DNA of 38,954 nucleotides from a virus (taxonomy: Duplodnaviria; Caudoviricetes), in IMG/VR virus record IMGVR_UViG_3300031519_000071, positions 1 to 38,954 of that record; one strand, given 5' to 3'. The notes below the pieces were generated by a model that saw only the letters and a list, made by a program, of their open reading frames with translations, was not told where the DNA came from and searched no databases. Positions within the stretch are counted from its first letter, which is position 1; every line of letters starts with the position of its first letter. Position numbers and translations under genes: made by a program. Shown piece by piece: positions 25,530 to 33,901 of this stretch.

Positions 25530-26914
25530 TGGCATACGAGATTAACTATACACCTACCAAAGTGTGTGGTGCTTTCATGGCAAACAATTCCAAGATGCGT
25601 GTCCTTATGGGGCCGGTTGGGAGTGGCAAGTCTGTGACCAGCACCTTTGAGGTTATTCGCAGGGCGGGGGAGCAAGCACCGAATGAACAAGGGATACGGA
25701 AAAGTAGGGCGGCTATTGTCCGCGAGACGGCGCGCCAGCTCATGGATACCACAATCAAAACGTTCCTCGACTGGTTCCCACCCGGAGTCTGCGGACGATA
25801 CATGCGAACAACCAAAACCTACTTCTTCAAAGTCGGAGACATCGAGTGCGAAATAATGTTTCGGGCGCTTGATGACGCGGATGACGTAGCGAACCTTAAC
25901 TCACTCGAGCTTACATTTGCGTGGTTCAACGAGTGTCGGGATATTCACCCGGACATTATTGACGCTATGTCCAAGCGCGTTGGACGTTACCCCAGTAAGA
26001 AAGATGGTGGCCCAACATGGCATGGGATGTGGGGGGACACTAACCCGCCGACCCAAGACACATGGTGGTACTATCAGATGGAAGGGCTTAATGCTGAGGA
26101 CGGCGTGTCGCCTAATGACAACGGATGGGCAGTATTTAAACAGCCATCAGGGCGGGGGCTCTTGGCAGAGAACGTTAGTAACTTGCCGGAGGGATATTAT
26201 GACACACAAGGTCGGAGTGAAGAGTACGTTAGGGTATACATTGATGGAGAGTATGGACTCAGCTCTGCAGGTCAGCCTGTGTATAAGTATTTTCGTCCTG
26301 ACTATCATATGGCTACTGAGCGTCTGGAGCCTATTATTAATGGTGTTCGTCCCGTTGTTATTGGTATGGACCTTGGGCTTACACCTGCGGCAGTCATTGG
26401 TCAGAGTGATCCAAGGGGACGAGCCCTCATATACGCGGAGGCTGTAAGTTTTGATATGGGGGTGCAACGTTTTGTACGGACAGTACTTAAGCCGCTACTC
26501 TTCGAGAGGTTCAGCGGGGCAAACGTTATTGTCGTTGTTGACCCTGCTGGAGTGCAGCGAGCACAGACGGATGAACGTAGTGCCATTGATATTATTAAAG
26601 CTGAGGGTATGAAAGTTATTGCAGCAAAAACTAATAACGTTACACCTCGGCTTAGCGCAGTGGACGAGTATCTTATGCGCCATGCAGATGGGGATAGCGC
26701 GTTCTTATTGGACCCAAGCTGCACTGCGCTTAAGTCCGCAATGATGGGGGGATATCGCTTTCATCCAAAGACGGGTGCCATTGAGAAAAACAAGCATAGT
26801 CATGTAGCTGAAGCGTTGCAGTATCTTATGTTACATATCTCTTCTATCAGTGACGGCTCAGTCGTTGCGCAGCGGAGAGAAATTAAATCGCATAGTGCTG
26901 TCGGTTGGACGTAA
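25529..26914 (+). CDS. terL: Terminase large subunit
   Basis: Walker A GPVGSGKS, Walker B AWFNE, coupling motif DTNPP, nuclease GMDLG, DPAG and SHVAEALQY. Confidence 0.92.
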   Translation: MAYEINYTPTKVCGAFMANNSKMRVLMGPVGSGKSVTSTFEVIRRAGEQAPNEQGIRKSRAAIVRETARQLMDTTIKTFLDWFPPGVCGRYMRTTKTYFFKVGDIECEIMFRALDDADDVANLNSLELTFAWFNECRDIHPDIIDAMSKRVGRYPSKKDGGPTWHGMWGDTNPPTQDTWWYYQMEGLNAEDGVSPNDNGWAVFKQPSGRGLLAENVSNLPEGYYDTQGRSEEYVRVYIDGEYGLSSAGQPVYKYFRPDYHMATERLEPIINGVRPVVIGMDLGLTPAAVIGQSDPRGRALIYAEAVSFDMGVQRFVRTVLKPLLFERFSGANVIVVVDPAGVQRAQTDERSAIDIIKAEGMKVIAAKTNNVTPRLSAVDEYLMRHADGDSAFLLDPSCTALKSAMMGGYRFHPKTGAIEKNKHSHVAEALQYLMLHISSISDGSVVAQRREIKSHSAVGWT

Positions 26915-26922
26915 CATTACAC

Positions 26923-26951
26923 TTGCGTTGTCCCATACGGTACCATATAGT
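26923..26951 (+). promoter_or_regulatory. Putative promoter for a small RNA
   Basis: TTGCGT-17 nt-TATAGT. Confidence 0.55.
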
Positions 26952-26957
26952 CCCATT

Positions 26958-27028
26958 GGGTCCGACATAACCCACCTCCCATGTTGTGTACTTCCCCCCA
27001 CTGGACTCCTAGCCAGTGGGGGTTTTTT
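26958..27028 (+). ncRNA. Candidate ~70-nt sRNA with anti-Shine-Dalgarno loops
   Basis: Between the promoter and terminator; hairpin CGACAT-[AACCCACCTCCC]-ATGTTG; terminator loop ACTCCTAG. Confidence 0.5.
26995..27028 (+). terminator. Rho-independent terminator
   Basis: CCCCCACTGG-ACTCCTAG-CCAGTGGGGG-TTTTTT. Confidence 0.9.
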
Positions 27029-27031
27029 CTA

Positions 27032-27060
27032 TTGCATAATAAGTTCTGCCAAGTTAGATT
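27032..27060 (+). promoter_or_regulatory. Putative promoter for head genes
   Basis: TTGCAT-17 nt-TAGATT directly after the terminator. Confidence 0.5.
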
Positions 27061-27094
27061 GAAGCTCCAACTAATTTTTGGAAGGATAATTACT

Positions 27095-27313
27095 ATGCCA
27101 AATGTAGATGGTAAAATGTTTTCATATGATAAAAAAGGTATGCAAGCTGCCGCTAAAGCTAAGAAGAAGATGGGTATGTCTTCTGGTAGAGAATCTTTTA
27201 TGGGCGGTGGCATGGTTGGTAAGAAAAGAAATTCTTACATGTATGGTGGCAAGGTCACTGGCAATACCATGTATTCCCCCGGTAATAAACAAAAGTCTAT
27301 TATGAGAGGTTAA
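27095..27313 (+). CDS. Small Lys/Met/Gly-rich basic protein (72 aa)
   Basis: AAGGA RBS; start revised to ATG 27095 because the longer ORF spans the terminator. Confidence 0.75.
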   Translation: MPNVDGKMFSYDKKGMQAAAKAKKKMGMSSGRESFMGGGMVGKKRNSYMYGGKVTGNTMYSPGNKQKSIMRG

Positions 27314-27315
27314 TC

Positions 27316-27561
27316 ATGGCAGGCCGTGAAGATAGATATTCAAACGCTTATAAGAAAGAGAAGAAGAATATGGACCGCCTTCTTTCTAAGCGTAAATGGT
27401 TTGGTGGCGGTAAAGACAAGTACGGCTTTGGAAACATGGGTGTTACAGACCAGCAGCTAAAGGACCAAGGGGGCAGGGTTCGGGACGCCTCTCGTAATAT
27501 AAAAACCGATGGGGGCCGCACCCACCCCATGTTTAAAAAAACTCAAAAGAAAAAAGATTAA
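27316..27561 (+). CDS. Small highly basic protein (81 aa)
   Basis: GAGG RBS; abuts the portal gene. Confidence 0.75.
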   Translation: MAGREDRYSNAYKKEKKNMDRLLSKRKWFGGGKDKYGFGNMGVTDQQLKDQGGRVRDASRNIKTDGGRTHPMFKKTQKKKD

Positions 27562-29604
27562 ATGGCAGGTTTAAATTTTTTACGAGTTGTTGATAACGCT
27601 ACGCTTGTTAGCGATGAGGAAGACGCGCGTAAAGAGATGGCAGATCGTCAGGCTGAGCCCTTAATGCTAGGGTTGTCTGCGTATCTACGGTCTTCTTTTG
27701 ACGCAGCTAAACGAGCGAAAGACCCTATTGAGCGGGCCATGCTTAAGGCTTTACGCCAACGCAATGGTGAGTACGAGCCAACTAAACTTGCTAGTATACA
27801 GCAGCAAGGCGGTTCGGAAATATATATGATGATAACTGAGGTAAAGTGCCGTGCAGCCGAAAGCTGGTTGCGGGACATCCTTATGGATACTGGGACACCA
27901 CCTTGGGATATAAAGCCAACCCCGATACCTGATCTACCAGATGCGCGTGATGAGATTATAAATCAACTTCTTGGGGAGAAGGTTACCGGATTAATTGAGC
28001 AGCTTGGGCAAGCTCCTACTCCTGCTGAAGTTGCGCAGCTTAAAGAAGTTGTTGCGCAGGAGCTACGGTTCTCCGTATTGCAAGATGCTCAGAATCGCAC
28101 AGATGGTATGAAGCGTAAGATTGCTGACCAGTTTGCTGAGGGTGGATTCTCTGAAGGGTTTAATGAGTTTCTTACTGATCTTGTTACATTCCCAGCCGCT
28201 ATTCTTAAAGGCCCGTGTGTGCGCAGGCAGCGCAAGTTATCATGGGATGTAGATGCTGAAGGCAATACTATTGCCGTAGCAGACGAACAGCTTGCTCCTG
28301 AGTTTGAGCGAGTTGATCCATTCCGGTTCTACCCGGAGCCGGGCATATCCAAGGTTAACGACGGGTATATATTCGAACACCACCCCCTTACTCGAATGGC
28401 ATTGTCGGAACTTATTGGGGTGCCCGGTTATGATGACGAAGCTATACGCGAACTACTAGATGTTGGTAACGGGCAGAGCTGGATCAACAGCGACGTTAAC
28501 CAAGAGAAAGATGAGCTAGAGCGTAAGCACAGCACTGAGCAACGTCCCACAGAAATTTACGATGCCCTTGAGTTCTGGGGTAAAGTTAGTGGTAAGATGC
28601 TGCTTGAGTGGGGTTTAACTGAAGAAGAAGTTGAAGACCCTACGAAAGAATATGATGCAAACGTATGGCTAGTAGGTAACTATGTTATCAAAGCTATCCT
28701 TAATTATGATCCCCTAGGGGAGAAACCTTATGCAGTTACTTCCTTTATTAAAAGCCCCGGTGCATTTTGGGGTAAAGGTATTCCAGAAATTATTGAAGAT
28801 GTGCAGAATGTGTGCAACGCCTCTGCGCGTTCTCTCGTCAATAACATGGGTATCGCCTCTGGACCCCAAGTCGAAGTTAACTTGGAACGTATTCCTACAA
28901 ATGAGGATATTACCCAAATGCACCCTTGGCGGATATGGCAAGTACTTAACGATCCGCTCGGTGGCTCTGCCCCTGCTGTCCGTTTTAACCAGCCTAATGA
29001 TAATTCTGGTTCATTGATGTCAGTGTATCAGCAGTTTAGTAAACTCGCTGATGATCACAGTGGCATACCATCTTATCTATCAGGTGATCTTAACGTGAAA
29101 GGTGCGGGCCGCACAGCCTCTGGCCTATCAATGCTTATGGGTTCGGCTGGTAAGAGTATCCGGCAAGTGGTTATGCATATAGATGCAGACGTTACAAAAC
29201 TTGTTGTGCACCGCATGTTCGTGTACAACATGCGCTATGATGAAGATGAAAGTATTAAGGGCGACGCTCAGATTATACCTCGTGGAGCTATTAACCTAGC
29301 TGTCAAGGACACTGTTAACTCTCGGCGTGTTGAGTTCTTACAGGCTACTGCTAATGAATTTGATATGGAGATCATGGGGGCAGATGGACGGGCAGCGATT
29401 CTTCGGGAAGTTGCTAAAGGTCTACAGATGCCTGAAGATGAAGTTGTGCCGACTCGTGAGAAAGCTGCGTTTAATAAACGAGCTGCTCAGAGTGAGGCTC
29501 AGGCTGCAATCACTCCACCCGATGGTGGACGCACAGGTCCGCAGCCCCAAGTACTAGACCAAGCTGGTAACCCAGCAGGTGGTCAGGAAGCGAAGCTAGT
29601 ATGA
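27562..29604 (+). CDS. Portal protein
   Basis: 680 aa between terL and scaffold/MCP; VDPFRFYP, FWGKGIPE and GRTASGLSMLM motifs of podoviral portals. Confidence 0.85.
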   Translation: MAGLNFLRVVDNATLVSDEEDARKEMADRQAEPLMLGLSAYLRSSFDAAKRAKDPIERAMLKALRQRNGEYEPTKLASIQQQGGSEIYMMITEVKCRAAESWLRDILMDTGTPPWDIKPTPIPDLPDARDEIINQLLGEKVTGLIEQLGQAPTPAEVAQLKEVVAQELRFSVLQDAQNRTDGMKRKIADQFAEGGFSEGFNEFLTDLVTFPAAILKGPCVRRQRKLSWDVDAEGNTIAVADEQLAPEFERVDPFRFYPEPGISKVNDGYIFEHHPLTRMALSELIGVPGYDDEAIRELLDVGNGQSWINSDVNQEKDELERKHSTEQRPTEIYDALEFWGKVSGKMLLEWGLTEEEVEDPTKEYDANVWLVGNYVIKAILNYDPLGEKPYAVTSFIKSPGAFWGKGIPEIIEDVQNVCNASARSLVNNMGIASGPQVEVNLERIPTNEDITQMHPWRIWQVLNDPLGGSAPAVRFNQPNDNSGSLMSVYQQFSKLADDHSGIPSYLSGDLNVKGAGRTASGLSMLMGSAGKSIRQVVMHIDADVTKLVVHRMFVYNMRYDEDESIKGDAQIIPRGAINLAVKDTVNSRRVEFLQATANEFDMEIMGADGRAAILREVAKGLQMPEDEVVPTREKAAFNKRAAQSEAQAAITPPDGGRTGPQPQVLDQAGNPAGGQEAKLV

Positions 29605-29822
29605 TACAGCCTGACCTTGATACAATTAAAGCATTTGCGCATATTTCGCAAAATGTACCCCGTGTGGCAAAGTTTCTCGATGAGCAGTATCATGCTGAGC
29701 TCGAGCGTTTGCCAGTAACGGCAAGAGATAAGCAGGGTATCGCTTCCGGGCGATGCCAAGTTTTAGGTGAGTTGTGTAAACTTCTTGCCGATTCCCCACA
29801 AGTGGCACAGTCCAATGGATAG
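29601..29822 (+). CDS. Small conserved head-region protein (73 aa)
   Basis: ATGA overlap with the portal gene; helical SGRCQVL pattern common at this position. Confidence 0.7.
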   Translation: MIQPDLDTIKAFAHISQNVPRVAKFLDEQYHAELERLPVTARDKQGIASGRCQVLGELCKLLADSPQVAQSNG

Positions 29823-29860
29823 CTACTTTATTAACCAACGCATACCGATAGGAGCGTAAG

Positions 29861-30856
29861 ATGGCAGTACCAGAGCAAGTTCGTAAACAGACTGAGGCAG
29901 TGCAAGCCTTGTATAACGATGTCAACACCACTGAGTCGCCTGAGAATGGTGAAACGCCGGTTGTTGAGCCTGTTGTGCAAGTAGTTTCACCCGCCGACAG
30001 TGTCCAAGAACCTGCCCCAGAGTTAACGCCAGCCGAGCAGGGCGTTAACGACCAAGATGAAACTTTCGAGCAGAAGTACAGGACTCTTCAAGGTATGTAC
30101 AACGCCGATGTTCCTCGCTTAAATTCTCAAGTGCAGGAGCTGACGCAACGTGGTCAGCAGATGGAGCAACTCGTTGCAACTATGCAGGCTACACCCGCAC
30201 CTACTCTTGAACCCACCCCTACTCCAGTCAGTTCACTTACTGAGGACGAAGTAGAGGAATACGGGGAGTCTATTGACATTATGCGTAAGGTTAGTCAGGA
30301 AATTACTGGTCAGTACCAGCAACAACTGTCTGACATGCAGGCTAAAATTGACCAGCTACAAGGCACAGTTATGCCTCGTGTTGAGCAACTTGCTAGCCAG
30401 CAAGCGCATAGTGCTGAGCAAACCTTCTGGGCTGATCTGACAAGCAGCGTACCAAATTGGCAGGCGATTAATGACTCCAAGGACTTTCAAACTTGGTTGT
30501 TAGAGACCGACCCCCTTTCTGGATTAACTCGTCAAACATATCTCGATGATGCCCAGCGCAATCTGGACATGAAACGGGTAGCTAGTTTCTTTGACTCTTG
30601 GCAATCGGCAACTGGTGCCGTAGTAGCTCAACCTAATCGGACCGCTTCTGAACTTGAGAAACAAGTTTCACCGGGTAAAGGTCGCAGTGGTACTGCTTCT
30701 ACAACTAGTGAAATTAAAACCTACACGCCGCAGGACATCACGGATTTTTTCGAGAAGGTTCGGACGGGTGGGTTCGAGGGTAACGAAGAGGAGCGGGACG
30801 GAATTGAACGCGATATTTTCGCAGCGCAAAGCGATGGTCGTATAATCCACGCGTAG
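29861..30856 (+). CDS. Capsid scaffolding protein (putative)
   Basis: Acidic coiled-coil protein directly before the MCP; KYRTLQG and C-terminal GRI; AGGAG RBS. Confidence 0.75.
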   Translation: MAVPEQVRKQTEAVQALYNDVNTTESPENGETPVVEPVVQVVSPADSVQEPAPELTPAEQGVNDQDETFEQKYRTLQGMYNADVPRLNSQVQELTQRGQQMEQLVATMQATPAPTLEPTPTPVSSLTEDEVEEYGESIDIMRKVSQEITGQYQQQLSDMQAKIDQLQGTVMPRVEQLASQQAHSAEQTFWADLTSSVPNWQAINDSKDFQTWLLETDPLSGLTRQTYLDDAQRNLDMKRVASFFDSWQSATGAVVAQPNRTASELEKQVSPGKGRSGTASTTSEIKTYTPQDITDFFEKVRTGGFEGNEEERDGIERDIFAAQSDGRIIHA

Positions 30857-30874
30857 TTAATAAAGGAGCCAATC

Positions 30875-31795
30875 ATGGCATACGCAACATCACCGGGTCA
30901 TCCGGCTTACACCGGGAATTTCATTCCAGAAATCTGGAGCGGAAAACTCATTGAAAACTTTTACGACGCTACTGTGTTGTCGGCTATCGCCAACACTGAC
31001 TACGAGGGTGATATTAAATCTCATGGTGACACGGTTAATATCCGTACGACCCCTGAGCTGACGATCCGTGACTATGTCAAGGGTCAGACTCTCGCCGTCG
31101 AAAACCCTGATAAGCCTAAGCTGCAGCTTCTTATCGACAAAGGTAAGTACTTTGCCTGTGTTGAAGATGATGTAGATCAGGTTCAGTCCGACATCGCTAT
31201 GATGGACACTTGGTCTAAGGACGCTTCTGAGCGTATGAAGATCACCATTGATACTGATGTTCTTGGCAACATTGCTACTGATGTCCCTGCCGCTAACAAG
31301 GGTCTCACCGCTGGTGAGCAGTCTCTTGCTATTGACTTGGGTGTTACAGGCACTGCTAACGCTTTGACAACATCGAATGTTCTAACTGAAATCATTAACC
31401 ACGGTACGGTTCTTGATGAAGCAAACGTTCCTGAGTCAGATCGTTGGATGGTTATCCCTGCTAAAATGGCTGGGTTAATTAAACAGTCTGACCTAAAAGA
31501 CGCTTCTATTACTGGCGACGGTTCTACCCCGCTACGTAATGGCCGCCTTGGTATGATTGATCGCTTCATGATTTATGTGTCGCACAACCTGCCTCTATCC
31601 CAAACTGGAGCCAGTGGTGAGTTCACCATCTTCTCCGGACATAAGAAGGGACTGACCTTCGCTTCGCAGATGACCAACATGGAAACTCTGCGTTCCGAAA
31701 CTACCTTCGGGGATATCATCCGTGGTCTGCAAGTGTATGGTTTTAAGGTTGTTAAGCCTGAAGCTATCACTGCTGGCATCATCACAATCGCATAA
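30875..31795 (+). CDS. Major capsid protein (P22-coat-like, HK97 fold)
   Basis: FIPEIWSGKL...NTDYEGDI...GDTVNI, LDEANVP..DRW, RGLQVYG.KV..PEA. Confidence 0.9.
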   Translation: MAYATSPGHPAYTGNFIPEIWSGKLIENFYDATVLSAIANTDYEGDIKSHGDTVNIRTTPELTIRDYVKGQTLAVENPDKPKLQLLIDKGKYFACVEDDVDQVQSDIAMMDTWSKDASERMKITIDTDVLGNIATDVPAANKGLTAGEQSLAIDLGVTGTANALTTSNVLTEIINHGTVLDEANVPESDRWMVIPAKMAGLIKQSDLKDASITGDGSTPLRNGRLGMIDRFMIYVSHNLPLSQTGASGEFTIFSGHKKGLTFASQMTNMETLRSETTFGDIIRGLQVYGFKVVKPEAITAGIITIA

Positions 31796-31813
31796 GCGGA
31801 AGGAGAATATATC

Positions 31814-32281
31814 ATGGCTGCTTATACAGACACGCATGGCTTTAATAAAGGCTCTGCAGCACACCCTGCTAAAGGTATTAACAGGGTTGGATACATTGAA
31901 GTCGTACTAGACTTTGCTACGATTACTGCCGATAGAGTTACAGCAGGTGCCACAGCGCTTGCTGCTGGTGACTCTCTCCAAGTACTCTCGCTACCAGCTA
32001 ACACGCTAATAATGGCGGTTGGTGCAACTACTATAACCGCTGAAGGTGCGGCATCAACATTTGACATCGGTCTTACCGGTGGTGACGTTGATGGGTTTAT
32101 TGATGGGGGTAATGCTAACGCAGCAGGAACCACTCAATCAAACGGTGCGCTTTTAATCTCAGCTAATACTGGTCACTATCTTGCGGCTGCAGACACTATT
32201 GATATGCTTATTGGTGTATCAGGTGCTGTAACTGATCTTGCTAAGATTAAAGTATGGGCAGTTATTGCTGATTGTTCGTAA
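31814..32281 (+). CDS. Capsid decoration/minor capsid protein (putative)
   Basis: Follows the MCP before the terminator; small beta-rich Ala/Gly/Thr protein; AGGAG RBS. Confidence 0.6.
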   Translation: MAAYTDTHGFNKGSAAHPAKGINRVGYIEVVLDFATITADRVTAGATALAAGDSLQVLSLPANTLIMAVGATTITAEGAASTFDIGLTGGDVDGFIDGGNANAAGTTQSNGALLISANTGHYLAAADTIDMLIGVSGAVTDLAKIKVWAVIADCS

Positions 32282-32287
32282 TTGATT

Positions 32288-32320
32288 GGGGGGCTAAGTT
32301 GCCCCCCTTTCTCTCACTTT
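32288..32320 (+). terminator. Rho-independent terminator after the capsid genes
   Basis: GGGGGGC-TAAGTT-GCCCCCC-TTTCTCT; imperfect U-tract. Confidence 0.75.
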
Positions 32321-32332
32321 TAGGAGATACTC

Positions 32333-32596
32333 ATGGCTATTATGGGGCACCCGGGTCGTTGGCTTCGGCACAAACTTGACGGTACGATCTATAACTACAA
32401 TGATACTTTATGTAAGAATTCTGCTGTAGAAGAAGTTTCAGAAGAGATTGCGTTCCCTGAGAAATTTATCCCAGCAAAGCAAGTTGGTCGTAAGGCTACA
32501 GTTGACCTATCTACTGATGAAGTTGTTATTAGTAAGACTGAGCCTAAAAAAGGTACAGGTCTTAAGGTTAGTGCTACAGGCGGTACTATAAAATGA
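32333..32596 (+). CDS. Hypothetical protein (87 aa)
   Basis: TAGGAG RBS. Confidence 0.7.
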   Translation: MAIMGHPGRWLRHKLDGTIYNYNDTLCKNSAVEEVSEEIAFPEKFIPAKQVGRKATVDLSTDEVVISKTEPKKGTGLKVSATGGTIK

Positions 32597-33240
32597 TACT
32601 AAACGACATAGTTACAGCGGTGCGACGGATCATCCAAGATGAAACTGTTGCTTACCGGTATAGTGATGTATTTCTTCTTGATCTTTGTAACCAAGGACTA
32701 AAGCGGATACAATTACTACGCCCGGACCTCTTTTCTTATGTTGGTACTGTAGCCTGTGTTGAGAACGCAGTTATTCAATCTGCTCCTAGCGATTCACTGC
32801 GTATAATAGAGTGCTATTCCATTGTCGGTGGTACAGGGCTAGTTGAGGCGGACCGTGAGGTTCTTGACCAGACTATCCCTACATGGGTAAATACTACCGC
32901 AGGAGCTGCTATCAATTGGATGCGCCATGTGCGTAACCCAAATAAATTTTTTATATACCCAAAGGCTCCCGCAAACCAGACCCTCACTGTAGAGTACTCA
33001 CAAGTTCCACCTACATACGCTGGTGGCGCTACTGTTACACTGCTGCCAGATGCCTATGTACCTGCTTTAATAGATGTTGTAGTATTCTTAGCAGAATCAA
33101 TTGATAATGAACACGTTACGAATGGGCGAGCTAAGATGTATATGGATTTATTTATGTCTGAGCTTGGTGCTACTACAGCATCATTACCTGTGACAGACAC
33201 AGAAAACGCAGGTCAGCCCCTTCAAATTGAGGTAGTATAA
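32593..33240 (+). CDS. Head-tail adaptor-like virion protein (DUF6682-like)
   Basis: N-terminal helical hairpin (VRRIIQD...RYSD..LL...NQG...RPD), YPKAP, position after the capsid genes. Confidence 0.6.
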   Translation: MILNDIVTAVRRIIQDETVAYRYSDVFLLDLCNQGLKRIQLLRPDLFSYVGTVACVENAVIQSAPSDSLRIIECYSIVGGTGLVEADREVLDQTIPTWVNTTAGAAINWMRHVRNPNKFFIYPKAPANQTLTVEYSQVPPTYAGGATVTLLPDAYVPALIDVVVFLAESIDNEHVTNGRAKMYMDLFMSELGATTASLPVTDTENAGQPLQIEVV

Positions 33241-33890
33241 TGGCGACGCGATTATTTTCTGACCTTGTAAATAGGATTGCACCCAGTGTGCCGGGTTGTC
33301 CTCAGCCTGTTATTGTAACATATGTTCGTAATGCTGCTATTGATGTGTGTGAACGGACTAATGCTTGGCGGTATCAACAAGCTGCTATCACTATGACGGC
33401 GGGCACGTATCAGTACGCATTTGTTCCTGAGTCAGGCGCTGAGGTGTATAGCGTTATTACAGCCAACATTAATGGTAATGAGCTTAGCCCAATTACACTC
33501 GAGACACTCCATAGCCTGTACCCTAAGTATCCATCTGCGGTCACCGCTGAGCGAGCAACCCCACAGTATTTTTTCCAGATTAGCCCCATCACGTTTCATG
33601 TAGCATTAGTGCCTATTAATAGCACTGATAAGATTAATATGTTTGTATCTCAACGGCCTAGTAGGGCGTCTACAGGGATGAATGAGGCGGTAATGGACGA
33701 TGTAGAGGACGCCATTATGCACGGCGCTTTACAGCAGTTACTAACGCTTCCAGAGCGAACATGGAGTGATAAGGAATTAGCTGCGTACCATGCGAAACAG
33801 TTTGTATTTAAAGTGACTGAGCGCAGGGCGCGTGTAAATATAGGCGCAGGGCGGGCTGCACCTACTGTACGGCAGTCTGCATGGTGTTAA
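33240..33890 (+). CDS. Adaptor/tail tubular-like virion protein
   Basis: VPGCP...AAIDVCERT..W and C-terminal AIMHGAL..L...P...W; TAATG overlap. Confidence 0.6.
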   Translation: MATRLFSDLVNRIAPSVPGCPQPVIVTYVRNAAIDVCERTNAWRYQQAAITMTAGTYQYAFVPESGAEVYSVITANINGNELSPITLETLHSLYPKYPSAVTAERATPQYFFQISPITFHVALVPINSTDKINMFVSQRPSRASTGMNEAVMDDVEDAIMHGALQQLLTLPERTWSDKELAAYHAKQFVFKVTERRARVNIGAGRAAPTVRQSAWC

Positions 33891-33901
33891 GGAGTTAAAA
33901 C

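Noticed and set aside
26917-27213. Minus-strand 98-aa ORF and the N-terminal extension of 26981-27313
   Set aside because: Both run across the promoter and terminator elements; ATG 27095 has the RBS
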